Numbered from the stretch's first letter, positions 18,167-28,417 are shown. The stretch: DNA of 64,000 nucleotides from Candidatus Wallbacteria bacterium (GCA_028687545.1 JAQTZZ010000012.1:24315-88314); one strand, 5' to 3'. The notes: generated from the letters alone by a model not told the origin. A program made the numbers and translations.

Positions 18167-18242
18167 TGGTGCCCCCAAGGAGATTCGAACTCCTGTCGCA
18201 GGCTTGAAAGGCCTGTGTCCTAGGCCCCTAGACGATGGGGGC
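18167..18242 (-). tRNA. tRNA-Glu (anticodon TTC)
   Basis: The minus-strand sequence GCCCCCATCGTCTAGGGGCCTAGGACACAGGCCTTTCAAGCCTGCGACAGGAGTTCGAATCTCCTTGGGGGCACCA folds as a cloverleaf. The anticodon loop is CTTTCAA and the 3' end is CCA. Confidence 0.85.
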
Positions 18243-18495
18243 TCAGTCTGCTGAAAAAAGCCTGTCTGCTTCGTTGCCCTCGAACTCAGTCGGTCGCTGT
18301 ACGTTTAGTACAGCTCCCTCCATCGTTCTCGCGCGCCTCGCATCCAGACTTTTTTGAGCAGACTGGTGGAAAACGCATTGGGCATCATCAACAATTCTGA
18401 GTCTTTTGCTTACCTTTTCGCATCCAGGTATTTGTGACAACCTGGAACCAACGATATGGCAATGCTCACCTTACTGAGCTTTGGCTTGGTTAACC

Positions 18496-18571
18496 TGGTG
18501 GGCCCACCAGGGGTCGAACCTGGGACCACCCGGTTATGAGCCGGGAGCTCTGCCAACTGAGCTATGGGCCC
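18496..18571 (-). tRNA. tRNA-Met (anticodon CAT); elongator Met or tRNA-Ile2 type, not initiator
   Basis: Minus-strand sequence GGGCCCATAGCTCAGTTGGCAGAGCTCCCGGCTCATAACCGGGTGGTCCCAGGTTCGACCCCTGGTGGGCCCACCA. The 1-72 pair is G-C, which excludes initiator tRNA. Confidence 0.8.
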
Positions 18572-18752
18572 TATGGCATGAGCTATTTTATTAAAGCTAG
18601 CTAGCCATGTCAAGAAATTTTGCGAATAATCAGGGACTAATAGACTGTATTCAGTATCTAATACGAATTCTCCAACATACCAACTTACAAACATACTAAC
18701 ATACCAACTTCTTGCAGTGCATATGCGATTAAATGAAACTGATTAATGTCAG

Positions 18753-19520
18753 TTAAATTTCAAAGTACTGCATTACGAACAGAAACGCAGGCAGAACAAG
18801 AATCGCCCCGTCGATGCGGTCCCAGACCCCGCCATGTCCTGGAAGGATACTGGATGAGTCTTTGAGATTCGCCCGCCGCTTCCAGGCTGATTCGAAGATG
18901 TCGCCTGTATGCCCGATCACAGAAGCGATTATCGCTAGAACTGAAACAGTGAAAACGCCTGTGCCAAAAAAATGACTGGCAACCGCGAATTCCACAATGA
19001 AAGTTCCGGATAGCCCGGCGATAAATCCTTCCCATGATTTCTTGGGCGAGATCCTCGGGCAGATCTTGTGTCGTCCAAAGGAGCAGCCGAAATAAAATGC
19101 AAAGATGTCATAGCACCAGAGGAAGGAAAACAGCCAGATAAATTTTGCGGCTCCCAGCCTGTAATACAATTCGCTTCCGCAACTCATCAGGGAAAAGTAC
19201 ATCAGCAGGAAGAAACCCAGGCTGAGCCTCTCCAGGGCTGGAAAAAGGTCATTTTTATTGAGTGCGATCAGGATGGCACCGATGATCACCAGATAGCGGA
19301 TCTCGGCATTCACGAAAACCGCTTCTGCCGTGTAGAGAAGAAAAAAACCGGAGAACAGAAAATAGATTCTTTCGATCCCGGATAGCCCTGCCACAGTCAA
19401 TCCTTCAGTTAGGGCCAGCAGGAAAATTGCAGCCCAGAGCCATTCGAATCCTGTCGGGAGGAAAGAGGCTATCCCGATGAAAACAACTGCGCAGAAAAGA
19501 CCGGTGAGCAGTCGTTTCAT
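18753..19520 (-). CDS. cdsA: phosphatidate cytidylyltransferase (CDP-diglyceride synthase)
   Basis: C-terminal signature KDSSSILPGHGGVWDRIDGAIL and a multi-TM body. The start was set at MKRLLTGLF, immediately after the uppS stop. Confidence 0.8.
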   Translation of the reverse strand: MKRLLTGLFCAVVFIGIASFLPTGFEWLWAAIFLLALTEGLTVAGLSGIERIYFLFSGFFLLYTAEAVFVNAEIRYLVIIGAILIALNKNDLFPALERLSLGFFLLMYFSLMSCGSELYYRLGAAKFIWLFSFLWCYDIFAFYFGCSFGRHKICPRISPKKSWEGFIAGLSGTFIVEFAVASHFFGTGVFTVSVLAIIASVIGHTGDIFESAWKRRANLKDSSSILPGHGGVWDRIDGAILVLPAFLFVMQYFEI

Positions 19521-19521
19521 C

Positions 19522-20250
19522 TCAGACCCCGCCGTAGCGGCGTTCGCGCTTGGTGTACTCCTGGATCGCGCGCAGAAAATCGATTTTCCTGAATTCAGGC
19601 CAGAATCGCGGCGTGACATAGATTTCGCTGTAGGCGCACTGCCAGAGCATGAAATTGGAGATGCGCATCTCGCCGCTCGTGCGGATCAGCAGGTCCACAT
19701 CCGGAAGTTCAGGCAGGTAGAAGAAGCTCTTGAATTTAGACTCAGAAAGTGGCCCGGCAGTGACCTGCTCCAGTGCTTTGTTTACTGCGTCGAGGATTTC
19801 AGTCTTGCCGCTGTAATTCAGCGCCAGCACCAGATTCAGCCCTCCGCAATCCCTGGTTTCCGCAATCGCTTTTCTAAGCTCTTTTTCCGACTCAGCGGGT
19901 AATTCATGGGTTCTGCCGACAGCGGACAACCTGACATTGTTTTTCTTCAGCTTTTTCACTTCTCGACGCAGATAATCCCTTAGCAAAGTCATCAGACCAT
20001 TGACTTCATCCTTAGGACGTGACCAGTTTTCTGTGGAGAAGGCATAAAGGGAGAGATACTGGATTCCAAGCTTGCCGGCTGTTTCCACCGCCATCCGGAC
20101 GGACTTGACTCCCTCCTGATGTCCCACGATGCGCGGCAGGAAGCGCTTTTTGGCCCAGCGGCCATTACCATCCATGATAATGGCGATATGGCGGGGCAGG
20201 TTGGTCCCTGCCCGGCTCAGTTCGCTCATCAATTCGTTTTCAGTTCCCAT
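19522..20250 (-). CDS. uppS: undecaprenyl-diphosphate synthase (isoprenyl transferase)
   Basis: HIAIIMDGNGRWA, YLSLYAFSTENWSRP, RTSGEMRISNFMLWQ. Confidence 0.9.
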   Translation of the reverse strand: MGTENELMSELSRAGTNLPRHIAIIMDGNGRWAKKRFLPRIVGHQEGVKSVRMAVETAGKLGIQYLSLYAFSTENWSRPKDEVNGLMTLLRDYLRREVKKLKKNNVRLSAVGRTHELPAESEKELRKAIAETRDCGGLNLVLALNYSGKTEILDAVNKALEQVTAGPLSESKFKSFFYLPELPDVDLLIRTSGEMRISNFMLWQCAYSEIYVTPRFWPEFRKIDFLRAIQEYTKRERRYGGV

Positions 20251-20269
20251 GGAACCTCAGTCAAATGGA

Positions 20270-20827
20270 TCAGAATTCCATGATTTCCTTTTTCTTGTTT
20301 TCGCATACAGACTCGAGCACTGCAATGTATTTATCCGTCAGTTTCTGGATCTCGTCGGTACCCTTTTTCTGATCGTCTTCAGTAATCTCTGATTTTTTTT
20401 CCAGGTCCTTGATCTTCTCGATATAAGTACGCCTGATGTTACGGATGCCCACCTTGGCTTCCTCATTCTTCTTGGAAACCTGCTTCACCAGGTCTTTTCT
20501 GCGCTCTTCGGTCAGGGCAGGAATCGACACTCTGATCGTCTTCCCGTCTGAAGCCGGAGTCACACCGAGATTGGCGGCTGTGATCGCTTTTTCAATCTCC
20601 TTGATTATCCCTTTATCGTATGGATTGACTACTAAGAGTCTCGGTTCGGGAGCTCCGATGCCGGCGAGCTGGTTGATCGGAGTGGGACTGCCGTAATAAT
20701 CCACCTTCACCTGATGCAGGAGCGCCGGATTTGCTCGTCCGGTCCTGATGTTCATATATTCCTTTTCGATTGCTTCCACTGTTTTCTTGGATTTGTCTTC
20801 CATTTCATGATAGATACCTTTCAACAT
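20270..20827 (-). CDS. frr: ribosome recycling factor
   Basis: IRTGRANPALL and VTPASDGKTIRVSIPALTEERR blocks; 185 aa. Confidence 0.9.
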   Translation of the reverse strand: MLKGIYHEMEDKSKKTVEAIEKEYMNIRTGRANPALLHQVKVDYYGSPTPINQLAGIGAPEPRLLVVNPYDKGIIKEIEKAITAANLGVTPASDGKTIRVSIPALTEERRKDLVKQVSKKNEEAKVGIRNIRRTYIEKIKDLEKKSEITEDDQKKGTDEIQKLTDKYIAVLESVCENKKKEIMEF

Positions 20828-20829
20828 GA

Positions 20830-21534
20830 CTACCTCCTTACAATACTGCCGATTTTTTCACCGGATATTATCCTGAGAATGTTGCCTTTCTTGAGATTGA
20901 ACACCACTATGGGCAGGCTGTTCTCCTGGCAGAGAGTGAACGCGGTGGTGTCCATGACTTTAAGCTTTCTGTCGATTGCTTCCTGGAAGGTCAGTTCCGA
21001 ATACATCTTTGCTTCCTTGAACTTGAGAGGGTCCATGTCATAGACGCCTTCCACCTTGGTGGCTTTGAGAATGCCGTCAGCCTTGATTTCGATGGCACGC
21101 AGCACAGCTGCAGTATCGGTGGTAAAATACGGTGAGCCCAGGCCACAGGCGAAGATGCAGACTATCCCTTTTTCAAGGTAACTGAGCGCTTTGCGCCTGA
21201 TATAGGGTTCACAGACTTTATTGACTTCGATCGCAGTCATCACCCTGGTTGACATGTCGTATCGTTCCAGGGTTTCCTGCAGAGCCAGGGAATTCATGAG
21301 TGTGGCCAGCATTCCGATATGGTCTGCTACAACGCGGTCCATTCCTGAAGATTCGGCGCATGCTCCACGCCAGAAATTGCCGCCTCCAACGACGATCCCG
21401 ACCTGAATGCCCCTCTTCACAACTTCCGAAATCTCCTGAGCCAGCTGATTCAAAAAAAGAGGGGAGATTCCCTCCCCTCTTTCTGCTCCCAGCGCTTCTC
21501 CGCTGATCTTTAAAAGGATTCGCTTCAGTTCCAT
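20830..21534 (-). CDS. pyrH: uridylate kinase
   Basis: ILLKISGEAL, VVGGGNFWRG, LEKGIVCIFACGLGSPYFTTDTAA. Confidence 0.9.
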   Translation of the reverse strand: MELKRILLKISGEALGAERGEGISPLFLNQLAQEISEVVKRGIQVGIVVGGGNFWRGACAESSGMDRVVADHIGMLATLMNSLALQETLERYDMSTRVMTAIEVNKVCEPYIRRKALSYLEKGIVCIFACGLGSPYFTTDTAAVLRAIEIKADGILKATKVEGVYDMDPLKFKEAKMYSELTFQEAIDRKLKVMDTTAFTLCQENSLPIVVFNLKKGNILRIISGEKIGSIVRR

Positions 21535-22136
21535 CAGCGGTTCCCGATCTGGATCCTGGTGAACCTTCCGATTTTAATATTCTCGCCGACTTTGGCCACT
21601 TTTTCAAAAATCAGGTCCTTGACCTTCTTTTCCGGCTCTTTCACAAACGGCTGTTCCAGGAGACAGATTTCCTCGAAATATTTCGTGATCTTGCCTTCCA
21701 CGATCTTATCGATGATGTTGGCCGGTTTCTTGTTGTCCTGGAGCTGGGCCCGGAAAATTTCCTTCTCCTTTTCCAGAACATCGACCGGGATTTCGTCGGA
21801 ACTCACGAATTTCGGGTTGGAGGCTGCGATGTGCATCGCAATGTCCTTGGCCAGAGCCCTGAATTCATCGGTGCGTGCCACAAAATCCGTCTCACAGTTG
21901 ATCTCCACCATCACGCCGATCTTTCCGTCGAGATGGATATACGATCCCACGAAACCTTCGTTGGCGGCCCTGTCGGCTCTCTTTTCAGCCTTGGCAATGC
22001 CCTTTTTTCTCAATATTTCGATCGCTTTTTCGACATCTCCATCGGACTCGACGAGGGCTTTCTTGCAATCCATGAAACCGACACCGGTTTTTTCACGGAG
22101 TTCTTTTACAGCATTGGCTTCGATCGCCTTACCCAT
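21534..22136 (-). CDS. tsf: elongation factor Ts
   Basis: [20 protein letters not shown]-terminal UBA-like motif and a [18 protein letters not shown] block. The start was set at MGKAIE. Confidence 0.9.
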   Translation of the reverse strand: MGKAIEANAVKELREKTGVGFMDCKKALVESDGDVEKAIEILRKKGIAKAEKRADRAANEGFVGSYIHLDGKIGVMVEINCETDFVARTDEFRALAKDIAMHIAASNPKFVSSDEIPVDVLEKEKEIFRAQLQDNKKPANIIDKIVEGKITKYFEEICLLEQPFVKEPEKKVKDLIFEKVAKVGENIKIGRFTRIQIGNR

Positions 22137-22868
22137 TTTCACCCTCCCTCTCGTTCTCGCCATCCTCGGTATCCTCGCCGCCTTTTCCTTCGCGTCCTTC
22201 GATGCAGGCGTCCGCGATATAGCCGGTGATCAGCTTCACTGCTCTGATGGCGTCGTCATTACCAGGAATCACATAATCGACTTTATCCGGCTCGCAATTG
22301 GTGTCCACAATGGCGATCACAGGTATGCCGATTTTCCTGGCTTCCATCACCGCGTTTTCTTCGCGCTTGATGTCAACGACAAAAATTGCCTGCGGCAGAC
22401 CGGAGAGACTCTTGATGCCTCCGAAGAACTTGCGCAGCCTGAAGAGCTCTTTTCTGACGACAGCCTGCTGCTTCTTGTGCATCTGATCAATGCCACCGCT
22501 CTTCTCAGCATCGTCAAGCTTATTGTAGTATTCGATTCTTTTTTTGATGGTCTTGAAATTAGTGAGCGTTCCACCCAGCCAGCGCTGCTCAACAAAAGGC
22601 ATCCCTGCCCTGTTGGCTTCTTCTGTGATGGAGCTCTTGGCCTGCTTCTTGGTGCCCACGAACAGGACTTTGCCTCCGTCGTGGGTGATGTCACGCACGA
22701 ATTTGAGAGCTTTCTGCAGGTTCTTTACGGTCTTCTGCAGGTCGATGATGTGAATGCCGTTGCGTTCAGTGAAAATGTAGCGGCTCATTTTGGGATGCCA
22801 GCGCCTCGTCTGGTGCCCGAAATGCACGCCCGCTTCGAGCAGATGCTTCATCAGTACATTGGATGCCA
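22129..22868 (-). CDS. rpsB: 30S ribosomal protein S2
   Basis: [31 protein letters not shown] and an acidic C-terminal tail. The start was set at MASNVLMK, which has a GGAGGAAC RBS. Confidence 0.9.
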
Positions 22869-23393
22869 TTCTGTTCCTCCGGGTTTGGTTTTTTTCCTCC
22901 ATTTCCATCATCTTTGCCTCGTATACCTGCTTAGCAGTCAAAACAGGGCACCTACGAGGAAATCCGGAAATGTGTGAAATTCTGTTATAAGGTAATGGAT
23001 TCAGGCTGCAATTACAAGGAATTCATCTCGGACCGGTAACCACTTTGTTTGATAAATTCTAATTTCCAAAACCATCTTTCGAGGATCCCGTAGAAATCTT
23101 CTCTTTTGTCGATATTAAAATCAACACTTGTCGTTATCCGGTTTTTCTGTCTGAGCTGACGAGGCAGTATCGATATTGATCCTTCCATTGCTGGAAGCGG
23201 AGGGGCTGTTGATAAATCCCCAGCCGAACAGCATGAGGACTAAAGCTCCGGCAGCTTTGAAAAGTATAATAATGATATTTACCATTATTCCCAGCCTTCC
23301 CGAAATCACTTTATTTTAACCCAAGCCTGACAACACTTCAATTTTCCCCTGATTTTCTTGAATCAAACTCTCCTGAAATATTATAATCAATGA

Positions 23394-25052
23394 ATGTACT
23401 TCAGACTTATTGCAATCCCGCTTTTCCTGTTCCTGATCTCAGGCTGCGGAAACCGGAAAATTGTTTCAGATAACGTTTCCCTTTCACTACCTGCAGCAGT
23501 GCCCCCGCCGACTACAGAGGAAGTCGAAAGTGTGGATTACGGCGATACAATCGTCTTCCACATGGATGCCGATGCAGTAGTGCTCAATCCGCTGATCTGC
23601 GATGATCTCTATTCCCGGCTGGTCTGCCTCTGGATTTTCAATGGTCTGGTGAATTTAGACGAGCGGCTTGAGCTTAAACCCTCTCTGGCTGAAACCTTTG
23701 AAGTCAGCTCAGACGGGAAGCAGGCGTCTTTCCATCTCAGAAAAGACGTCAAATGGCATGACGGAGAGGAATTCACCACTGACGACGTTGTTTTCACCTA
23801 TCAGAAGATCATGGACCCAGACACTCGCTCCAGACTGCGTTTCAGCTTTTCAATGGTGGATACGATCGAAGTTCAAGGTAAATTTGATTTAAAAGTCAAA
23901 TACAAGCTGCCGAATCCGGACGCCATCTCCCTCTGGACTAATGCGATCGTAGCCAGACACGTCTATGACAACAGGAGCCTGGACCCGAATCTGCAGCCTG
24001 TAGGCACCGGCCCGTTCCGTTTCGTGGAATGGCTGCCACATGACCATATCCTGCTCGAAGCGAACATGCAGCATTTCAGGGGCCGTCCTTTTGTGGACCG
24101 TTTTCTGTTCAAATACGTGGCTGACTTCACCATGGCTTTCCAGATGGTTAAACAGGGCGAGATCGACATCATGGAACTTACTGCCGACCAGTATTTGAAT
24201 CAGGCCGAAGAGCCTGATTTTCTGAACAAGTACACAATCCATCAATACAACACCTATTTCAATTCCCTCTGCTATAACTGCCGCAATCCACTTTTTAAAA
24301 GTCCGCGGGTCAGAAGGGCGCTTACTATGGCCATCGACCGTCAGGCGATCGTCAACGACATTTTCCATGGCTATGCCTATGTCCCTGCGCGACCCGTCTC
24401 CCCCCCATATGTAAAATACGAAAAAAAACTTGACCCCTGGCCGTATTCACCCGACACTGCCCGGAGGCTGCTCGAATCGGAAGGATGGCGGGATACAGAC
24501 AATGACGGGATTCTGGAGCAGGAAGGCCGGAAATTCTCATTCGAGGTCAGCGTGGTCCATGGCACAAAAAATCGCTACCTGGCACTGGACATCGCTGCAG
24601 CCAATCTCAAAAAAATCGGAGTCATCGCAGATTGTAAGTATTACGAACTGGGGCAGTTCATGAGACTGCTGTATACAGGAAGTTTCGCAGCCATAGATAC
24701 CGGATTGCTGCTGCAGGACGACCCGTATCAGTATTTCCATTCTTCCCAGATCTTCGACCTCCAGACAGGCAACACAGGCCTTAACCTGGTCGGATACCGG
24801 AACCCGGAAGTGGACAGTTTGCTGGACCTCATGCGCTCTGAGCTCAACCCGGCTGAACGGATGCGCCTGATCCAGAGATTTCACGAGCTGGTCAGCGACG
24901 ATCAGCCTGCTACATTCATGTATTCAGACACGACACTGCTCGCTGTCAGCAAGCGCATCCGGGGCATAAAACCTGGACCGGACTGGATCTTCCACAACAT
25001 GGAAAACTGGTATGTGCCCAGGCAGTTGCAGAAATATGTGGAAGGCAACTAG
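23394..25052 (+). CDS. ABC transporter substrate-binding lipoprotein, family 5 (oligopeptide/nickel type)
   Basis: Lipoprotein signal LFLFLISGCG. SBP_bac_5-like blocks are present (LVNLDERLELKPSLAETFEVSSDGKQASFHLRKDVKWHDGEEFTTDDVVFTYQ). Confidence 0.75.
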   Translation: MYFRLIAIPLFLFLISGCGNRKIVSDNVSLSLPAAVPPPTTEEVESVDYGDTIVFHMDADAVVLNPLICDDLYSRLVCLWIFNGLVNLDERLELKPSLAETFEVSSDGKQASFHLRKDVKWHDGEEFTTDDVVFTYQKIMDPDTRSRLRFSFSMVDTIEVQGKFDLKVKYKLPNPDAISLWTNAIVARHVYDNRSLDPNLQPVGTGPFRFVEWLPHDHILLEANMQHFRGRPFVDRFLFKYVADFTMAFQMVKQGEIDIMELTADQYLNQAEEPDFLNKYTIHQYNTYFNSLCYNCRNPLFKSPRVRRALTMAIDRQAIVNDIFHGYAYVPARPVSPPYVKYEKKLDPWPYSPDTARRLLESEGWRDTDNDGILEQEGRKFSFEVSVVHGTKNRYLALDIAAANLKKIGVIADCKYYELGQFMRLLYTGSFAAIDTGLLLQDDPYQYFHSSQIFDLQTGNTGLNLVGYRNPEVDSLLDLMRSELNPAERMRLIQRFHELVSDDQPATFMYSDTTLLAVSKRIRGIKPGPDWIFHNMENWYVPRQLQKYVEGN

Positions 25053-25072
25053 GGATAAGAATCCAGTCAGAT

Positions 25073-25100
25073 TGACTTTACTGCCTTTTTTCGGTATAAT
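25073..25100 (+). promoter_or_regulatory. sigma70-type promoter (TTGACT, 16 nt spacer, TATAAT) upstream of the C11 peptidase gene
   Basis: Near-consensus -35 box at 25073..25078 and -10 box at 25095..25100, read directly from the sequence. Confidence 0.5.
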
Positions 25101-25174
25101 AGAAATAGGCATACTGTAATAGTATATAAGTTACTGAAGTCTTTTTCGGCCAATGTATGGATTATGGAGGGAAT

Positions 25175-26491
25175 ATGGCTGAAAAGATTTTCTTTTTATT
25201 TATTTTTATTGTCTTGCTAAACTTCTCTTCTCAAACCGCTCAGGCTTCTGAAACAAACAGACCTGAGAAACCGGACAGCCCCAAAGCCTGGACCTTCATG
25301 TTCTACTTCGCTGCCACTTCAGACCTGGTGGAATTCACCAACTATACGATCAATGAAATGGAAAAAACCGGAAGCGGCGATAACATAGCCATTGCAGTGC
25401 AGTATGACGGCCCAGAACAGGGCGACAGTGTAAGATATATAGTCCAAAAAGACAATGACACCTCAAACATCACTTCACCAAAAGAAGAGCTTGGGGAAAT
25501 TAACACCGGAGATCTTGCCAGTCTCACATCCTTTGTGGACTGGACCCTGGATAATGCACCGGCCGAGCATTACTGCTTTGTCTTCAACGGGCATGGATCT
25601 GGAAGTATTGATATGATGAAAAGCATCAAAAACTGCAGGCTGGACAGTAAAAACATGTGCTATGATCCGGAAAGCAACTATTCCTCTTCGATAGATGCTG
25701 CCGAAATGAATCAGTTTGCCAAGTATCTTTCCAAGAACTCAGGCAGAGGAAAAGTCAGTTTAATAGTTCTAAACGCCTGCCTGATGGGTAATGTGGAAGC
25801 CATCAACCAGTTTTCTCGCAATGTAGAGTATATCGTAGCCTCCGAAGCTGTCGTACGCGGAGGGCTTTCATTTTTACTGGCCCAGCAATTCCCTGACATC
25901 AACAAAAATCCTCAGATCACAGGCGCAGAGATCGGGAAGCGGATCGTCGACGGTTACTTTGAATTAGTAACCAGCCAGTCTATGACTAACGATTCCTTGA
26001 ATGGTGTGACTAGCTATGCTCCCGGCTTTATCGTCAGCCTGATCGATTGTTCCCGCTTCTATCTCGGCGGGGAATCTTCACTCGTAGGGTCACTTAATGT
26101 TCTCTCACATGCACTCCGTGTAGACCTGAAAACCGATCTGGCAGCAATCAGCAAAGCCATGAAGGAGGCTCAGAACTATACCAGTTATGCTCAGCCGATG
26201 TATGCTGATATTGATGACTTGTGCGGGCTTTTTTACAATAACGCTGCTTCCAGCAACATCAGAACTGCGGCCTGGAATGTTCGGACTGCTCTGGAAAGAA
26301 CCGTTGTGTATTTTAAGACTTCTCAGGACGCTGGAAAAGAGGCTAATGTCGGTCACGGACTCAGCATTTTCACTAAATGTGATAAATCCTCACTTCTCAA
26401 GGATTATCTGAATACAGATTTCGCTGCCGAGACAGAGTGGGACGAATTTCTGAAGGATTTCCTCACTGCATCAAACTGTCAGCAGCAATAA
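25175..26491 (+). CDS. secreted clostripain-like cysteine peptidase (family C11)
   Basis: Signal peptide. The catalytic dyad sits in its usual contexts: FVFNGHGSG (His) and SLIVLNACLMGN (Cys). The start was set at MAEKIFF, which follows a GGAGGG. Confidence 0.65.
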   Translation: MAEKIFFLFIFIVLLNFSSQTAQASETNRPEKPDSPKAWTFMFYFAATSDLVEFTNYTINEMEKTGSGDNIAIAVQYDGPEQGDSVRYIVQKDNDTSNITSPKEELGEINTGDLASLTSFVDWTLDNAPAEHYCFVFNGHGSGSIDMMKSIKNCRLDSKNMCYDPESNYSSSIDAAEMNQFAKYLSKNSGRGKVSLIVLNACLMGNVEAINQFSRNVEYIVASEAVVRGGLSFLLAQQFPDINKNPQITGAEIGKRIVDGYFELVTSQSMTNDSLNGVTSYAPGFIVSLIDCSRFYLGGESSLVGSLNVLSHALRVDLKTDLAAISKAMKEAQNYTSYAQPMYADIDDLCGLFYNNAASSNIRTAAWNVRTALERTVVYFKTSQDAGKEANVGHGLSIFTKCDKSSLLKDYLNTDFAAETEWDEFLKDFLTASNCQQQ

Positions 26492-26632
26492 ATTAGCTTC
26501 AGTCTCACAATTCAATCGGAATGATTTTTTGATGAATCATTTTCCTGGAATCAGGAATTTTTCTTGAACATCCACCTGTTCCGGCTATAATTGAATTATT
26601 AATCTTGCCTGAAAATCCTGAGAGGTAGATTC

Positions 26633-28381
26633 ATGAAACAGATTCTGCTTTTTTTCCTGCTGCCAGCCTTCGCGATTTCCGCCACTCAGTTCCAGGACAT
26701 GCTGTCTGAGTATAGAACCCTGTATTACGAATCAATCTCATCTCTGGAAAATCTGCAATGGCAAGACCAGAATACGCCCCGTTCGAGCGACGCAGTCGCC
26801 GGAATGCTCGAACAGAAAGGCCAGGAATTAGTAGAATTCATCTCAGCGAACAATGGAAATTTCGAAGTGCTCAAGGACTTTCTGCGCGAAACTTCAGCTT
26901 CCAATCTAGGCTATCTCAAAACCCCGCTTGAAAATCTGATCGTCAAACTCGCCACATCTGACTTTCCGGACAAGTTCAATAAAATAGCTTTTTTGAGGTC
27001 CAGCCTGAAAAAGATCGATGTTTCTGCAGTCGATGGCCGTTATCTGCCGCCAGTCGAGCAGGAAAAATTCGTGAACATGATCAAAGCATTATACGGGCTG
27101 GCAGACAGAAGCTTTATGCCGAAAAAAAGGGGCAAGGATGCCACCGAATATTTCGCTGCAGTCTCAGCGGTCTGGAACAATCTCTCGCCGGAAACCCAGT
27201 CTAATATTATCGCCCTGCAGAAAGGTAATACATATCGCCTTACACGCGAAGGGAACACAGTGGAGATCCAGGAATTCCAGTATACCACCGAAAATTTCGT
27301 GATCAATTACACGATCGGCGGCAGGCATTCCATTTTTCAGCCTGATGTCACTGAAAAAGCCCCGGACGGGAAGAACTATCCAAAATACGCGGTCACAGTG
27401 GGAAAATGCCTGGAAAACTCTCTTAACGTGCTCAGAAACACCCTGGTTATGAAATCGCCAAAATTGCCGTATACGGTCTATCTCAAAGAGCTGGGCGAAC
27501 AGAATTATGGAGCTACCACTCCGGATTTCAGCGTTCCAGGCGAGGACAAGTATTACACCACCTTCATGGAAATCGAGAATGACTTTGCCGGAAATTACAC
27601 TGACAATGACCTGCAGGATAAACAACTCGGACGGATCGAGGTCACAGCTGCCCATGAACTCTTTCATGCCAGCTGCGCCATGTATGGCGGTTTCAAATTC
27701 AATTCACCGCTCTGGTTCGCCGAATCTACGGCTGTCTGGGCTGAAGACTTCTTCTACACTGAAGTCAATGATTACATCCATTACCTGCAGGAAACAGACT
27801 CGCCTTTCCTGAATCCCCATTACGGCCTGATCAAGTACAGTTACGGCGGCTGTGTTTTCGACAGGTTCCTGTCTGAACAGCGCGGAGCTGCAGCTGTGCG
27901 CAAGTTGTGGGAGCAGTTCGCGGTTGATCATGACCCGGTTACTGCACTTGCCAATTCCATCGGTGAGAATTTCAAGATATTTTTTGGAGATTATGTAACT
28001 GCGCTATATCTGAAGGACGAAAAATTCACGGAAGGTAAACGCTATCCCGCCATGTTTCCCACCAATAAATTTTCCTCGTACCCGGTGAATTATCAGTTCC
28101 AGGTAGGGCAGCCTAACTATCTCGGCGCAAGTTATGTCCTGTTCGAACCGGTCAGGGTGAAGACCCTTAATCTCAAATGGAGTTCAATCTATAAATACCC
28201 GGTGAAAATAATCCTGATCAGCAGAAACGGCTCCAGCTCTGTCGAACAGAAATCCGGAACCGGCTGGAGTGTTGCGATCCCGGAATTCGGAAAAAACGTG
28301 GTCAAGCTGATCATCGCGCCATACCGCCTTGATGCTGAAGTGGAAAACGGGGACTTCCAGATCCAGGCGGAACTGAACTAA
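26633..28381 (+). CDS. secreted HExxH-motif protein, putative zinc metallopeptidase
   Basis: Signal peptide MKQILLFFLLPAFAISA, then IEVTAAHELFHASCAMYGG. The family was not recognised. Confidence 0.4.
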   Translation: MKQILLFFLLPAFAISATQFQDMLSEYRTLYYESISSLENLQWQDQNTPRSSDAVAGMLEQKGQELVEFISANNGNFEVLKDFLRETSASNLGYLKTPLENLIVKLATSDFPDKFNKIAFLRSSLKKIDVSAVDGRYLPPVEQEKFVNMIKALYGLADRSFMPKKRGKDATEYFAAVSAVWNNLSPETQSNIIALQKGNTYRLTREGNTVEIQEFQYTTENFVINYTIGGRHSIFQPDVTEKAPDGKNYPKYAVTVGKCLENSLNVLRNTLVMKSPKLPYTVYLKELGEQNYGATTPDFSVPGEDKYYTTFMEIENDFAGNYTDNDLQDKQLGRIEVTAAHELFHASCAMYGGFKFNSPLWFAESTAVWAEDFFYTEVNDYIHYLQETDSPFLNPHYGLIKYSYGGCVFDRFLSEQRGAAAVRKLWEQFAVDHDPVTALANSIGENFKIFFGDYVTALYLKDEKFTEGKRYPAMFPTNKFSSYPVNYQFQVGQPNYLGASYVLFEPVRVKTLNLKWSSIYKYPVKIILISRNGSSSVEQKSGTGWSVAIPEFGKNVVKLIIAPYRLDAEVENGDFQIQAELN

Positions 28382-28417
28382 AAAGAAAAGACACCCGCAA
28401 GCCTGTCTGCGGGTGTC
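28381..28417 (-). terminator. rho-independent terminator for the small minus-strand gene (10-bp GC-rich stem plus T-tract on minus)
   Basis: GACACCCGCA-agcctgtc-TGCGGGTGTC, preceded on plus by AAAAGAAAA, which reads as a T-tract on minus. Confidence 0.5.

Noticed and set aside
18243-18694. Two minus-strand ORFs (65 and 94 aa) in the tRNA region
   Set aside because: They overlap the tRNA-Glu and tRNA-Met genes and are spurious.
21559-22977. 472-aa plus-strand ORF
   Set aside because: It is entirely antisense to the highly conserved tsf and rpsB genes, Ser/Leu-rich with low complexity, and has no RBS. It is an antisense artefact.
23121-23309. 62-aa minus-strand ORF with one TM helix upstream of rpsB
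   Set aside because: It has no convincing RBS or family signature and sits in the rpsB promoter region. It is left unannotated.
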